DNA of 64,000 nt from Cyanobacteria bacterium P01_D01_bin.156. GTDB lineage: Bacteria > Cyanobacteriota > Cyanobacteriia > Phormidesmidales > Phormidesmidaceae. The notes below the pieces were generated by a model. The model saw only the letters and a list, made by a program, of their open reading frames with translations, had not been told where the DNA came from and did not search any database. Location: NCBI GenBank assembly GCA_039024555.1, contig JBCCQQ010000028.1, forward strand, positions 10,798 through 74,797. Direction: 5' to 3'. Shown in pieces: positions 10,857 through 22,410 of this stretch. How positions within the stretch are numbered: the stretch's first letter is position 1; every line of letters starts with the position of its first letter. Both the position numbers and the translations under genes were made by a program.

Positions 10857-11828
10857 GTGAAAATTCTGATTTTTAGCATATGCTTTCTCATCACTAGCCT
10901 TATTGCTATTGAGATAGCCCTGAGGTTGTTGTTTGGATTTGGTGACCCGCCGCTCTACGTAGCTGATGACACCATTGGCTACTTACTGGCTCCCAATCAG
11001 CGAGTACGGCGTTTTGGCAATCGCATTGTTATTAATCAATACTCTATGCGCTCCGATCAGGTTCAAACATCTCGACCTGTAGAGAAACTACGAGTGTTTG
11101 TCATTGGTGACTCCATCATCAATGGCAACTGGTGGACTGATCAGACTGCAACATTATCGGCTCTATTGCAGCAACAGCTTATCCACAAACAACAACAACC
11201 GATAGAAGTGCTCAATGCGTCTGCAAATTCTTGGGGGCCTCGTAACGAGCTGGCCTATTTGAAAAAGTTCGGCACCTTTGAATCTCAAATTGTCTTGCTT
11301 GTGATTAATACGGACGATTTATTCGGCACTCAGCCCACTTCACTACAGGTGGGCAAAGATCGCAGCTATCCAGACAAAAAGCCAGCACTCGCCACCCTCG
11401 AAATACTCAATCGATTTAGACAACAAGCACCTATTCCAGGACTCAAAGAGATTCAAAATGAAAAAGGCGATCGCATTGGCAAAAACTTGAGTGCAATCCA
11501 AGAGATTAAAGATCTAGTAGCAGCTCATAGTGGTCAACTGCTATTAGCCATGACACCGCTAAAACGTGAGGTTTTAGATACCCCCAGGGATTATGAAATT
11601 GTTGCACGCCAGCGTGTGGATCAATTTGTCAAAAAACAACAAATTCCATATCTAGACTTTCTAGCAACGTTTCAAACCCATGTCTCATCAGAAACACTCT
11701 ACCGCGACCATATTCATCTGAGTCCCACAGGCAACAGTTTAGTCAGCCAAGCTCTGAACACTTTGATCCTGGAGAACTTACCACAATCCTTAGAGAAGGC
11801 AGCATCAGCCACCACACCAGAGCAGTAA
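10857..11828 (+). CDS. SGNH/GDSL hydrolase family protein
   Basis: 'FVIGDSI' (GDS block), 'DHIHLSPTG' (DxxH); N-terminal TM anchor. Confidence 0.85.
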   Translation: MKILIFSICFLITSLIAIEIALRLLFGFGDPPLYVADDTIGYLLAPNQRVRRFGNRIVINQYSMRSDQVQTSRPVEKLRVFVIGDSIINGNWWTDQTATLSALLQQQLIHKQQQPIEVLNASANSWGPRNELAYLKKFGTFESQIVLLVINTDDLFGTQPTSLQVGKDRSYPDKKPALATLEILNRFRQQAPIPGLKEIQNEKGDRIGKNLSAIQEIKDLVAAHSGQLLLAMTPLKREVLDTPRDYEIVARQRVDQFVKKQQIPYLDFLATFQTHVSSETLYRDHIHLSPTGNSLVSQALNTLILENLPQSLEKAASATTPEQ

Positions 11829-12018
11829 GTCCATTAGCATTGTTTCGGCGCGTCCTTCGACTTCGCACACCTGAGCTGAAACGTCTGATTATGGCTGAGT
11901 CTCCAGACGTTTCATCGGAAGCAATGCCGATATATTGAATCACAGCCAGCTCAGTACATCCGCTAAATCAGTACCGGCAAAAAAGTAATCGTTCTCCGCT
12001 GTGATAGTATCAACTACA

Positions 12019-12100
12019 CAGCTAGGGGTGCCTGTAGAAACAGGCTGAGATCATACCCTCGGAACCTGAGTCTGGGTAATGCCAGCGTAGGGAAGCAGCC
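12019..12100 (+). promoter_or_regulatory. TPP (THI-box) riboswitch
   Basis: Canonical elements: ctaGGGGTGC, P3 CCTGT/ACAGG, GCTGAGA, ATACCC, GAACCTGA, GGTAATGCC, AGCGTAGGGAAG. Confidence 0.95.
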
Positions 12101-12151
12101 GTTTTTTAGGCAGGTAAGCTCTGCTCCTAGCTTCACCTGACGATATGAGGA

Positions 12152-13633
12152 ATGACCGTGTCCATAGGAGCTATTGCATTACTAGTCACCCTGGTAACTG
12201 CTGCCGCATTTACTTTGTTTGGCGTTTTATATGCTGGACGCCGCCACATCGACTTAGAAGGTTACATGGTCCATCGCAACCAGGTGAGTGGCTGGTCAGC
12301 CTTCGCGACTGTTACCGCTTCAGCTTTAGGTGCTTGGATTTTATTTAGCCCACAAGAGGCCGGGTCTATTTTTGGCGGTGTGACAGCCATTCTAGGGTAT
12401 TGTCTCGGTTCGGCTGGGGCCGTTGCCTTGTTTTTTGTGATCGGCCCGAGATTGCGACATCTTATGCCCCAGGGACATTCACTCAATGAATATGTCAAAC
12501 ATCGCTTTGGTGGACCTATGTACTGGTTAGTAGAAGCGGTCATTGTTTTTTACATGTTTATTTATCTGACGGCAGAGCTGACAGCCATTGCCAAAGCTTT
12601 GCAGTTGGTAGCCGATGTTCCCCTTGGGGTTACGGCCCTCGTGGTGATTACCGCCGTCTTTATTTACACTGCAGTAGGTGGTTTAGGGGCAACAATCTTG
12701 ACCGATGTGGTCCAGTTTGTGGTGATTGTTCCTTTATTGTTATTGAGCGCTGGAATCGTGATCACGGCTTTGGGTGGCACCGATGCGTTTAGTGCAGTGG
12801 TCGCTCAGCAGCCTGAGTTATTCTCTCTAGGAAATATCGATGGTATTCGGTTTGGAGCAACCTTGTTTATTGCCATCGTAGCGGCAGAAGTGTTTAATCA
12901 AGGTAACTGGCAACGAGTGTATGCCTGTCGCGATAGCCAAACCGTACGTCGCGCATTTTTGGGTTCAGCCGTGATCATTTTGCCGTTAATCTTTCTGGCT
13001 GGTTTATTAGGACTGCTGGCTGTTCCCCTCGCTGAAGTACAGCCTGACATTCTTGGGGAAACAGCTTTGTTTGGCTTGTTGAGTCAATTAGGCATGCCTG
13101 GTTGGGTGATGATCACGGTCATTGTGCTTGCCCTAGCATTAGTGATGAGCAGCCTAGATACTATGCTGAACGGCCTTGCTAGCGTGTTTACCCTAGACTT
13201 GATGAGACTTTTACCCAATCCTTCATCTCAAAATGTGTTGAAAATTTCACGGGTTTTGACGGTATTCGCAGGAATTCCTGCGATCGCAATTGCCGCTCAA
13301 GGCTACAGCGTTCTTTACCTATTTTTTGTAGCCGACTTAATCTGTGCAGCCGTTTTGTTTCCAGTTTTGTATAGTCTCTACAACCGCCACCTGACAGGCA
13401 TAAACGCATTGATAAGCTCACTAGTCGGAATGACTGCTGGCTTGTTATTTTTCCCAAAACCAGATTTTTCACCTTTATTTGCGGGTATACCTGGCAGTGC
13501 TGATTTACTTCACAGCTTTGCAGCTTCTCTCATAACATCAACAGTTGTGACATTAATTTGGACAGCCCTAGCAAAACAAAATGGTAGTGGTCAAATTTTT
13601 AACTATGACCAGCTACGTGCCAAAAGTTACTAG
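12152..13633 (+). CDS. Sodium:solute symporter, probable thiamine/HMP precursor transporter (ThiV-like)
   Basis: Many TM helices, 'YTAVGGLGATILTDVVQ', 'NQGNWQRVYA', 'MSSLDTMLN'; directly downstream of the TPP riboswitch. Confidence 0.85.
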   Translation: MTVSIGAIALLVTLVTAAAFTLFGVLYAGRRHIDLEGYMVHRNQVSGWSAFATVTASALGAWILFSPQEAGSIFGGVTAILGYCLGSAGAVALFFVIGPRLRHLMPQGHSLNEYVKHRFGGPMYWLVEAVIVFYMFIYLTAELTAIAKALQLVADVPLGVTALVVITAVFIYTAVGGLGATILTDVVQFVVIVPLLLLSAGIVITALGGTDAFSAVVAQQPELFSLGNIDGIRFGATLFIAIVAAEVFNQGNWQRVYACRDSQTVRRAFLGSAVIILPLIFLAGLLGLLAVPLAEVQPDILGETALFGLLSQLGMPGWVMITVIVLALALVMSSLDTMLNGLASVFTLDLMRLLPNPSSQNVLKISRVLTVFAGIPAIAIAAQGYSVLYLFFVADLICAAVLFPVLYSLYNRHLTGINALISSLVGMTAGLLFFPKPDFSPLFAGIPGSADLLHSFAASLITSTVVTLIWTALAKQNGSGQIFNYDQLRAKSY

Positions 13634-13844
13634 CCTGAGATATCGTCTTAAGCCCTAGCCTCAAGACTGGCAGCTTTAGAAAGAAAAGGGCGTTGCTGAT
13701 CCTCGGGATGATTTCATCTGCCAAATCCAGGTAAATAGTAAGTTCTACAGATCGTTTCATCCCCTAAATCAGCAGCGGCAAGAAAAGCGATATACAACAA
13801 AACCTGATGAGTAACCCATCAGGTTCAATGCAACAGGCTTCTGA

Positions 13845-15287
<1,443 letters not shown>

Positions 15288-15333
15288 GAACAACATTGCT
15301 AGTTTAAGAGCATGAGCTAGCTAACTCAACACA

Positions 15334-15366
15334 AAACAGGTCAGAGGTTATGCCTCTGACCTGTTT
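15334..15366. terminator. Bidirectional terminator between thiC and the haloperoxidase unit
   Basis: AAACAGGTCAGAGG-ttatg-CCTCTGACCTGTTT perfect stem. Confidence 0.8.
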
Positions 15367-15384
15367 CTTTGGGTAGATATGCAC

Positions 15385-15720
15385 CTATAGGAGTCGACTT
15401 AGCAGCAACAAACCACTAACGACAATAAACAAGACTGCAAACCATATCCGAAAACGATTAGGGGAGCGATCAACGTCCGTTGGATATTGGGGCTCCTTTA
15501 AATCTTTTTCAATTGGCGCAGATTCAGGGGGTAGAGGCCTATGAGGGACAGGCGATTTCGTGGCTAGCGATTGATTCTGCCAATAGCGTCCGGAACCATG
15601 GGAATTCAGTGGACGACGTATGGAAGCAACCGGTGCAAAGTTACCACGATATTGTTTGGTCGCCGCCCGCCCCCGCAGGGGCGGCTTTACCCTTGTCGGA
15701 CGACGGGGTAAACGGCTCAT
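15385..15720 (-). CDS. Hypothetical basic, Pro-rich protein with C-terminal TM helix
   Basis: 111 aa. Its ATG overlaps the haloperoxidase TGA (ATGA), it ends just before a terminator, and it has a hydrophobic tail 'IWFAVLFIVVSGLLLLSRLL'. Confidence 0.55.
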   Translation of the reverse strand: MSRLPRRPTRVKPPLRGRAATKQYRGNFAPVASIRRPLNSHGSGRYWQNQSLATKSPVPHRPLPPESAPIEKDLKEPQYPTDVDRSPNRFRIWFAVLFIVVSGLLLLSRLL

Positions 15721-17594
15721 CGATTACCAATCCTCACAACATCACCATCAAAGGTGGGAACCGAAAGAACAAACAGATCGGTAGAGTAGGTAAGTGCCTG
15801 CTCTTCTAGGATACCGATAGCAATTTCTTCACCCATGCGAAGACTATCGTAATAGTCGCTAAAGTAGTGCACACCAGCCATATCACGACCAATGGAGATA
15901 TTAGCCGCAAGCTTGTTTAGCTCACCTTCTAGAGTAAGAAATTTGTCGGATTCGCACTCAATTAGCTTGGTGGTGTTATTGCTATAACTATCGGTGACTT
16001 CAGGAGCACGGAAGATAACCGCTTGATCACCATGGGCTAACCGTTTGAACGCAACCTGATTACCAGTCTTGGCTAAGACAGCATTGGTATCAAAAAACGC
16101 CTTTAAGATAGTGACGCAGGCCCCAGCCACCGTGGCATGTCCTGCACCGTAGGCAGGGTGCATGGGAGATCCTTCAGGAAATGCCATAGGTAATAAATAT
16201 GTGCTTTCCTTAGGGCCACTCTTTTGAGTCAGTTGTCCAATCTCGTGGAGTGTTCCATTCGCCTTTAGGGCTTCAGAAAACTTACTAATGGCATGGAATA
16301 GTTTTGGAGAAACACCCTCTTTATCTTTATCACTTAGGGTCTCAAATCGACGTACCAGTTCAATCCGTGCCGCTAATGCTTCTGGACGCAACCGAATATG
16401 GTTATTGAACTTTTGGAAACGAACAGCTTTGAGTGCCCGTGTGGCTACTTCAGTTACTAGATTGAGAATATGGGGGCCACCGTATAAAGCAAAACCACCT
16501 GCATTGCGTCTAGTTTGACCACTTCCTGCCGCTACGCCTACACCAGATAGATGATCAAAAGCAGGATCAAAGGGAGTTCCCATTCCTAGCAGGACAATGC
16601 ATGCATTGAGATACGCTTCATACAGCGCATCATAGTGAACGTAAGTAGCTAAATCTCTAGGCGTGGAGATAAATCGACGGGCAGCTCGTGCCTTATCGTC
16701 ATTGTCGGTTTCAGGAACATACGCCTCTCGATCAGGGCGTAAACCGCGCTGCGCATCTACATAGGACTTCATGTCCGTCATGTAGTCAACACATGGCTTA
16801 GCGATCGGCACTCGCTGATCAATTTCCAGAACACCATAGGTAATCTTGCCATCGGCAACATGGCCACCACCATTCACATCAGTGTTGCCAATCATCAGAA
16901 ATTGAGACAGGTAAGGGCCTACATCCACACCGGGGGATGAACCACGAAAGAGGGTTTGAGCATCGAATTCAGAGTCAGAATTCACCTTACGGGGGCGTCC
17001 GGTCTGATTGCCGACATAGCTAAGCTGGTTGAGGCGGGCAATCGCACCGTCAATTGCTGGAGTAGAGCGACCGTTTTCAAACGCATTTAAGGGTTGATCC
17101 CGTAAAATCGCTAACTCATAGACTTCAGCCATTTCCAAAACAAGTTCTGGATTAGCATTACCTATTTCATCTAACAAAGGCGGTGCAGGAGGCATGGTCA
17201 CGGCCTGAGCATCAGGCCCTTGTAGCCCGTAAACAACGCCTGCTGTAGGAGCTTCCCACTGACGAAAGTTATCAGCAGGACATGCTAAGGGAACAACTTG
17301 ATCACCTTGAACCTCAAACTTGGCACCATGGCGAACGCGATCGTTAAATGGATCAATAAACCCATCGTCAATGGCACGGCGAAACTCGACAAAGTCCTGA
17401 GGATCTTGAATTAGACCTGTCTCTTCGTTATGGGGTAGCCCTTTAGTAAAGGACATAAAATATTTGGAATCAGCATAGCGCTGCTCATCTCCGTTAGCTT
17501 TATGCTCTGGATGCTGGCGGCTTCTGGCGAGTTCAGCTGCTTCCAAACGAACAGCATAGGACTCTTGACGACGATCAGACATAGAAATCTCCAT
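15717..17594 (-). CDS. Vanadium-dependent haloperoxidase (bromoperoxidase-type)
   Basis: Vanadate-binding motifs 'QKFNNHIRLRPEA', 'PEGSPMHPAYGAGHATVAGA' and 'GRDMAGVHYFSD'; N-terminal 'SFTKGLPH'. Confidence 0.92.
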   Translation of the reverse strand: MEISMSDRRQESYAVRLEAAELARSRQHPEHKANGDEQRYADSKYFMSFTKGLPHNEETGLIQDPQDFVEFRRAIDDGFIDPFNDRVRHGAKFEVQGDQVVPLACPADNFRQWEAPTAGVVYGLQGPDAQAVTMPPAPPLLDEIGNANPELVLEMAEVYELAILRDQPLNAFENGRSTPAIDGAIARLNQLSYVGNQTGRPRKVNSDSEFDAQTLFRGSSPGVDVGPYLSQFLMIGNTDVNGGGHVADGKITYGVLEIDQRVPIAKPCVDYMTDMKSYVDAQRGLRPDREAYVPETDNDDKARAARRFISTPRDLATYVHYDALYEAYLNACIVLLGMGTPFDPAFDHLSGVGVAAGSGQTRRNAGGFALYGGPHILNLVTEVATRALKAVRFQKFNNHIRLRPEALAARIELVRRFETLSDKDKEGVSPKLFHAISKFSEALKANGTLHEIGQLTQKSGPKESTYLLPMAFPEGSPMHPAYGAGHATVAGACVTILKAFFDTNAVLAKTGNQVAFKRLAHGDQAVIFRAPEVTDSYSNNTTKLIECESDKFLTLEGELNKLAANISIGRDMAGVHYFSDYYDSLRMGEEIAIGILEEQALTYSTDLFVLSVPTFDGDVVRIGNR

Positions 17595-17760
17595 ACGGAA
17601 TCAATGTTGTTGAGCTAAGAACAAGCTCTACACTTGAGCCCCGCTCATAACAACGTCATTGATTCCAACTATAGGCAGCCTCTTAAGGAGAAGACAGTAC
17701 CCACACGGGTGATTTTGCTACAGGTTGTCACACAATACGGGCAGGAAATCTATCCAACAT

Positions 17761-18366
17761 CTACGCGCTGAGTTCTTGCCAACGAGCTTTAATATCACTG
17801 ATGGTATAAACCGCCGTAAAATCGATGTTCTCCTGAGCGTAGTACTCTGCACCGCCCTGCTGGCGATCCACTAGAGACAGCACCTGGGTCACCTGATAAC
17901 CTGCCGCTTGTAACCGTGTAATCGCTTTCATCGCTGATTGACCAGTGGTTACCACATCTTCTAAAACCACCACTTTGCTCTGCTCTGGCAACACAGGACC
18001 TTCAATGTAGGCTTGGGTTCCATGGCCCTTGGCTTCTTTTCGAATAATCAGCGGCGTAATGGAACGCCCTTCGTAAGCAGCAACCACACTCACAGCTGTC
18101 ACAATTGGATCAGCGCCTAATGTCAGCCCCCCCACTCCAGTAACATCATTGTCTAAATAGTCCAACATGACTCGACCTACCATCTGGCCACCTTGAGGAT
18201 GAAGAGTCACTAATTTGCCGTTGATGTAATAGGTACTTTTCTGTCCAGAGGATAAAACAAAATCGCCTTCTTTGTAGGCATCGGTACAAATCAAATCCAG
18301 GAGTTGTTGCTTAATCGTGGTGAAGGAGACAGAGTCGATGGGCACGGAAACCATAGATGTTGACAT
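17761..18366 (-). CDS. pyrE: Orotate phosphoribosyltransferase
   Basis: 'FVLSSGQKSTYYIN', 'RKEAKGHG', PRPP motif 'VVLEDVVTTGQS'. Confidence 0.95.
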   Translation of the reverse strand: MSTSMVSVPIDSVSFTTIKQQLLDLICTDAYKEGDFVLSSGQKSTYYINGKLVTLHPQGGQMVGRVMLDYLDNDVTGVGGLTLGADPIVTAVSVVAAYEGRSITPLIIRKEAKGHGTQAYIEGPVLPEQSKVVVLEDVVTTGQSAMKAITRLQAAGYQVTQVLSLVDRQQGGAEYYAQENIDFTAVYTISDIKARWQELSA

Positions 18367-18769
18367 TAAATAATTGGTGGGCAAATTAAACCTTGTCTAC
18401 GTCCAGAATTGGAGTTGTACCGTAAAGGAAACGATAGGTTTTAACTTGGACGTGATTTAGGGCAATCATTAGCTGAACTTTCAGTCAATGTAGCCAAGAT
18501 GCATTGCAAATATTAGCAAAGTGGCTAATATTTAGGTCCACATCTGCAGTAATTGACGATGTATTCGTCATTCACTGATCAAGTTCACCACTATTGCTTG
18601 GGTGCAAACGGACAGTCATGTCCTGACTTACCTAAAAGACGATTAGGCTGAACAAACTTGCTGACGATCTTCGTAAATATTGTCTTTAGGGCCAGATATT
18701 GCTTAGATAGTTTATCGATTTTTTTGGACTGGGGTACTATACACCCCAAATTGTGAGGTAAAAACCACC

Positions 18770-19195
18770 ATGAAACTGAAGGGGTTAGTCGTAGGTACAG
18801 CAGTTGCGATCGCAGCTTTATCAACGGTAGGCACGCGTGCTCAAGCTCAAACATTTTTTGATGAGCCCACTGTATTAGAAACACTAGATGACATCAGCAC
18901 GCGCAACAGCGGCAACTACGATACAGATCGAAGTGCATTTCGTCATTTAGCTCACTACTTTGGACTAGGCTTCCCAGGCAATTCTGCATTTCCTGAACTA
19001 GAGCTAGATCGCGATAGCAAAGGAATTTTAGAAGCCTATAACGAGCTAATGTTCCTACAAACACAAAACACGGCCACTCTCCGAGTGCCCGATTTGGCTA
19101 GCCCTTACAATACGTCCTTACAGATGCTGCCGGGTAGTCAGAGCGGTGGAGTTGTGGGGACCGAGCTGAACTTTGCGCCCCTACCTCGCCGGTAA
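18770..19195 (+). CDS. Secreted hypothetical protein
   Basis: Signal peptide ending AQA; 'LRVPDLASPYNTSL' motif; RBS GAGG upstream. Confidence 0.7.
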   Translation: MKLKGLVVGTAVAIAALSTVGTRAQAQTFFDEPTVLETLDDISTRNSGNYDTDRSAFRHLAHYFGLGFPGNSAFPELELDRDSKGILEAYNELMFLQTQNTATLRVPDLASPYNTSLQMLPGSQSGGVVGTELNFAPLPRR

Positions 19196-19201
19196 TCACA
19201 A

Positions 19202-19231
19202 GTCCCCCGGTGCTACCAAACATCGGGGGAC
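19202..19231. terminator. Hairpin between the CDS and the convergent tRNA
   Basis: GTCCCCCGGTG-ctaccaaa-CATCGGGGGAC. Confidence 0.65.
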
Positions 19232-19238
19232 CGATTAA

Positions 19239-19311
19239 TCCAGGGTGCAGGAATCGAACCTGCCTAGGGCGAATTATGAGTTCGCTGCCTAATCCGCTCG
19301 GCCAACCCTGG
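19239..19311 (-). tRNA. tRNA with CAT anticodon, most likely tRNA-Ile2 (lysidine)
   Basis: Minus strand CCAGGGTTGGCCGAGCGGATTAGGCAGCGAACTCATAATTCGCCCTAGGCAGGTTCGATTCCTGCACCCTGGA; anticodon arm GCGAA-CTCATAA-TTCGC; T-loop GTTCGA; resembles cyanobacterial/plastid trnI-CAU. Confidence 0.92.
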
Positions 19312-19450
19312 TCAGTTTAACTCGTTTAACTTAACCTCTTAGGCCTGTTATATCATAGCCAACTGCGAAAAACAGATGAGTTATAGTTTTTGATATATTT
19401 AACCTGATTAGCAATCTGACAGTCGCCCTCCAGCCCATCTCTTACCTTCC

Positions 19451-19711
19451 ATGAGAATCAACCCTGCTATTGCCTTCACCTTGATCTTACTGACCGCCAT
19501 GTTTGGTTCAGGCATTGTCAGTGCTTCTTGGGGATATTCACTGGGGCGTCAAGCACTTATAGGTATTCGACAGCCAGAAACTCGACCGGCCTCTGCCTCA
19601 ACAGGCAGCAGAGGCAGTACGCAGACTAGCACCTTTGTATTGCTTAAAGAAGAAGATATTCTCAAAAACGTTAAGGCCCGTATCGAAGGTGGTTTGGACA
19701 CTGCAGAATAG
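19451..19711 (+). CDS. Conserved small hypothetical membrane protein
   Basis: 86 aa with N-terminal TM, 'LGRQALIGIRQP', 'LLKEEDILKNVKARI'. Confidence 0.65.
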   Translation: MRINPAIAFTLILLTAMFGSGIVSASWGYSLGRQALIGIRQPETRPASASTGSRGSTQTSTFVLLKEEDILKNVKARIEGGLDTAE

Positions 19712-19743
19712 TTGAAAATGCAGGAAACACAGATTCTTACACC

Positions 19744-21147
19744 TTGGTGATTGCAACAACGGTTGTGGAAGCCTTAGAAAGCGGCAGTAGCTTACCTATT
19801 AGCACTGCGGGCATTATGCTACGTTTGCTCGTTGTCGCTGCACTGATCATGCTCAATGCCTTTTTTGTAGCAACTGAGTTCTCCATTGTCTCGGTTCGGC
19901 GCTCTCGGATCAATCAGCTCGCTGCAGTCGGTGATATTCAAGCACAAACCGTTCAGAGTTTACAACGGAGCATTGACCGTTTGCTGCCCACCACCCAAAT
20001 CGGCATTACCTTGGCGAGCTTAGCCCTAGGTTGGATTGGTGAAGACACCCTAGCGATCCTGATAGGTTACTGGCTACGAAAACTTGCTATTCCTGTAACG
20101 GTTTTATCCCATGGGGTTGCACTCATCATCGCCTTCTGTTTTCTAGCCTATCTCCAGATTATATTGGGGGAACTCGTCCCAAAATCTCTGGCTTTAAGCT
20201 ACTCAGAGAAAACATCGCGGATGTTAGGACCCGTTAGCCTCACCGTTGCTAGGGTCTTTTCTCCTGTGGTTTGGTTTCTCAATTGTTCTACTCAGGGGTT
20301 CTTAAAACTGGTGGGGCTACAAGAGCAGCAACAGGCAGACACCCAACTCACGTCTGATGAACTGCAAATGATTATTAGTACTCCCGCAGCAGTCCTGGAT
20401 CTCGATCAAGAAGAGCGGGAAATTCTCAATAATGTTTTTGAGACTCGTGACTTTACCGTCGAAGATATCATGGTGCCTCGGACCCAAATCGTTGCCCTTG
20501 ACGATACCGCCACTTGGCAAGAGGCCTTAGACATGGTGGTGGAAACAGGCTTATCACGGTTTCCACTGATTAGCGATTCTCTGGATAATATCAGCGGCAT
20601 ACTAGACTTCAAAACCATGGCCCTTCCTTTAGCCAAAGGGCACCTTACCCCCCAAACCAACGTCACCCCTTGGATGATCGCCGCACGAGTTGTCCCTACG
20701 GACTTACCGCTGAGCGATTTGCTCAACCGCATGCAGAGCCTTAATCATTCCATGATGATTGTGGTCGATAACTATGGAGGAACCGCAGGTTTAGTCACTT
20801 GGTCTGATGTCACTGCCGAACTCATTGGCGAGGGTGAGGGATTAACCTCAGGGGAGATTGCATATCTGGATGATTATTCTGCCGTCGTTTCTGCCCAGAT
20901 GGAAATTGATGAAGTCAACAAGCAGTTTGACTTAAATCTGCCGACTACTGATGATTACCAAACGTTAGCTGGATTCATCATCCATGAACTGCAAAAAATT
21001 CCTGGAGCTGGAGAACAGCTGACCTATGGAGATGAGCTACGATTTATCGTCAAAACTGTCAAAGGCCCTAAGTTGGAAGAAATACAAATTGACCGGCACC
21101 AGACACCACTGCGGCAACGTCCGCCTCGCAGACAACTAGGAAATTGA
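19744..21147 (+). CDS. Hemolysin/CNNM family protein (DUF21-CBS-CorC)
   Basis: 'NAFFVATEFSIVSVRRSRI', 'GELVPKS', CBS pair 'IMVPRTQI...VVDNYGGTAGLVT', CorC-like 'YQTLAGFI'. Confidence 0.9.
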   Translation: MVIATTVVEALESGSSLPISTAGIMLRLLVVAALIMLNAFFVATEFSIVSVRRSRINQLAAVGDIQAQTVQSLQRSIDRLLPTTQIGITLASLALGWIGEDTLAILIGYWLRKLAIPVTVLSHGVALIIAFCFLAYLQIILGELVPKSLALSYSEKTSRMLGPVSLTVARVFSPVVWFLNCSTQGFLKLVGLQEQQQADTQLTSDELQMIISTPAAVLDLDQEEREILNNVFETRDFTVEDIMVPRTQIVALDDTATWQEALDMVVETGLSRFPLISDSLDNISGILDFKTMALPLAKGHLTPQTNVTPWMIAARVVPTDLPLSDLLNRMQSLNHSMMIVVDNYGGTAGLVTWSDVTAELIGEGEGLTSGEIAYLDDYSAVVSAQMEIDEVNKQFDLNLPTTDDYQTLAGFIIHELQKIPGAGEQLTYGDELRFIVKTVKGPKLEEIQIDRHQTPLRQRPPRRQLGN

Positions 21148-21333
21148 CACACCCCCGGCTGTTTTGCACCTTAGGGCGTCACAATAAGTGCATCGGGCTA
21201 ACAGCAACACTGTTAGCTCAATGTGTTCGTGCCACCATTGACCATCGCTAACCGAAGAATTCAGAAGTGCTGTGGTAATATCTGGTGGACTTTGAGCAAT
21301 GTAAAGTCATATTGAGAGTATTGGCTCTCTGGT

Positions 21334-22410
21334 GTGAGGAACCCTGGCGTGCAACAACGAGATTTTCAAGCAGCAAATGATCATCATGAGGATGCAGCCA
21401 TACGCATCGGCGTGATTGGAGTTGGCAATATGGGGCAGCACCATGCCCGTGTTCTGACTCGCATTAAAGATGTACAGCTGGTGGGCATTTCAGATGTCAA
21501 TGTCGAACGCGGATTAGCTACAGCGGGTAAATACGGGGTTCGTTTTTTTGAAGATTACGACGAGCTGCTAAAACATGTGGATGCGGTTTGTATAGCGGTT
21601 CCTACACGCTTTCATCACAAGGTTGGTATGGCTTGCCTAGAGGCTGGCGTACATATGCTGATGGAAAAACCCATTGCCGCTAGCATTCCTGAAGCAGAAT
21701 CCCTGGTCAATGCTGCAGCTGAAGCCAATTGCATTCTTCAGGTGGGCCACATTGAACGGTTTAATCCCGCATTCCAAGAACTACACAAGGTCCTCAAGAC
21801 CGAAAAACTGCTGGCATTAGACGCACGCCGCATGAGCCCTTACTCTAAGCGGGCGAACGATGTTTCGGTGGTTTTGGATCTGATGATCCATGACATTGAC
21901 TTATTACTTGAGTTGGCTGGTGCTCCGGTAGTCAAGTTAACAGCCAGCGGTAGTCGAGCTGGGGATTCGCGCTATCTAGACTATGTAACAGCCACATTAG
22001 GTTTTGCCAATGGAATTGTAGCGACACTCACCGCTAGCAAGGTCACCCATCGAAAAATCCGTAGCATTGCTGCTCATTGCCAAGACTCGCTTACTGAAGC
22101 AGATTTCCTAAATAATGAAATTCTGATTCATCGCCAGACCACAGCAAACACGATGGCTGATTATGGTCAAGTACTGTATCGACAAGATGGCTTGATTGAA
22201 AAGGTCTACACTAGCAACATTGAGCCACTTCATGCCGAACTAGAGCATTTTGTTAACTGTGCACGCGGCGGGGGTAAACCTTCTGTTGGCGGCGAACAGG
22301 CACTCAAAGCACTGCGATTAGCGAGCTTAATTGAACAAATGGCCTTGGATGGCCAGAGCTGGAAAACGGATGAAGAGCTGGCTGGCGTCCTGCAGGCCGT
22401 TACGGTATAG
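21334..22410 (+). CDS. Gfo/Idh/MocA family oxidoreductase
   Basis: 'IGVIGVGNMGQHH', 'EKPIA', 'GHIERFNP', 'DLMIHDID'. Confidence 0.92.
   Translation: MRNPGVQQRDFQAANDHHEDAAIRIGVIGVGNMGQHHARVLTRIKDVQLVGISDVNVERGLATAGKYGVRFFEDYDELLKHVDAVCIAVPTRFHHKVGMACLEAGVHMLMEKPIAASIPEAESLVNAAAEANCILQVGHIERFNPAFQELHKVLKTEKLLALDARRMSPYSKRANDVSVVLDLMIHDIDLLLELAGAPVVKLTASGSRAGDSRYLDYVTATLGFANGIVATLTASKVTHRKIRSIAAHCQDSLTEADFLNNEILIHRQTTANTMADYGQVLYRQDGLIEKVYTSNIEPLHAELEHFVNCARGGGKPSVGGEQALKALRLASLIEQMALDGQSWKTDEELAGVLQAVTV

Noticed and set aside
11743..12000. 66-aa minus-strand ORF or possible degraded gene upstream of the riboswitch
   Set aside because: No recognisable motif, and it overlaps the SGNH gene end; cannot be supported.
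15480..15809. 109-aa plus-strand ORF
   Set aside because: It overlaps the haloperoxidase 3' end antisense, starts at TTG after a terminator and competes with a better-supported minus-strand ORF.
18508..18533. Palindrome AAATATTAGC-N6-GCTAATATTT in the pyrE divergent spacer
   Set aside because: A real inverted repeat, but AT-rich and single; no regulator or function can be assigned.
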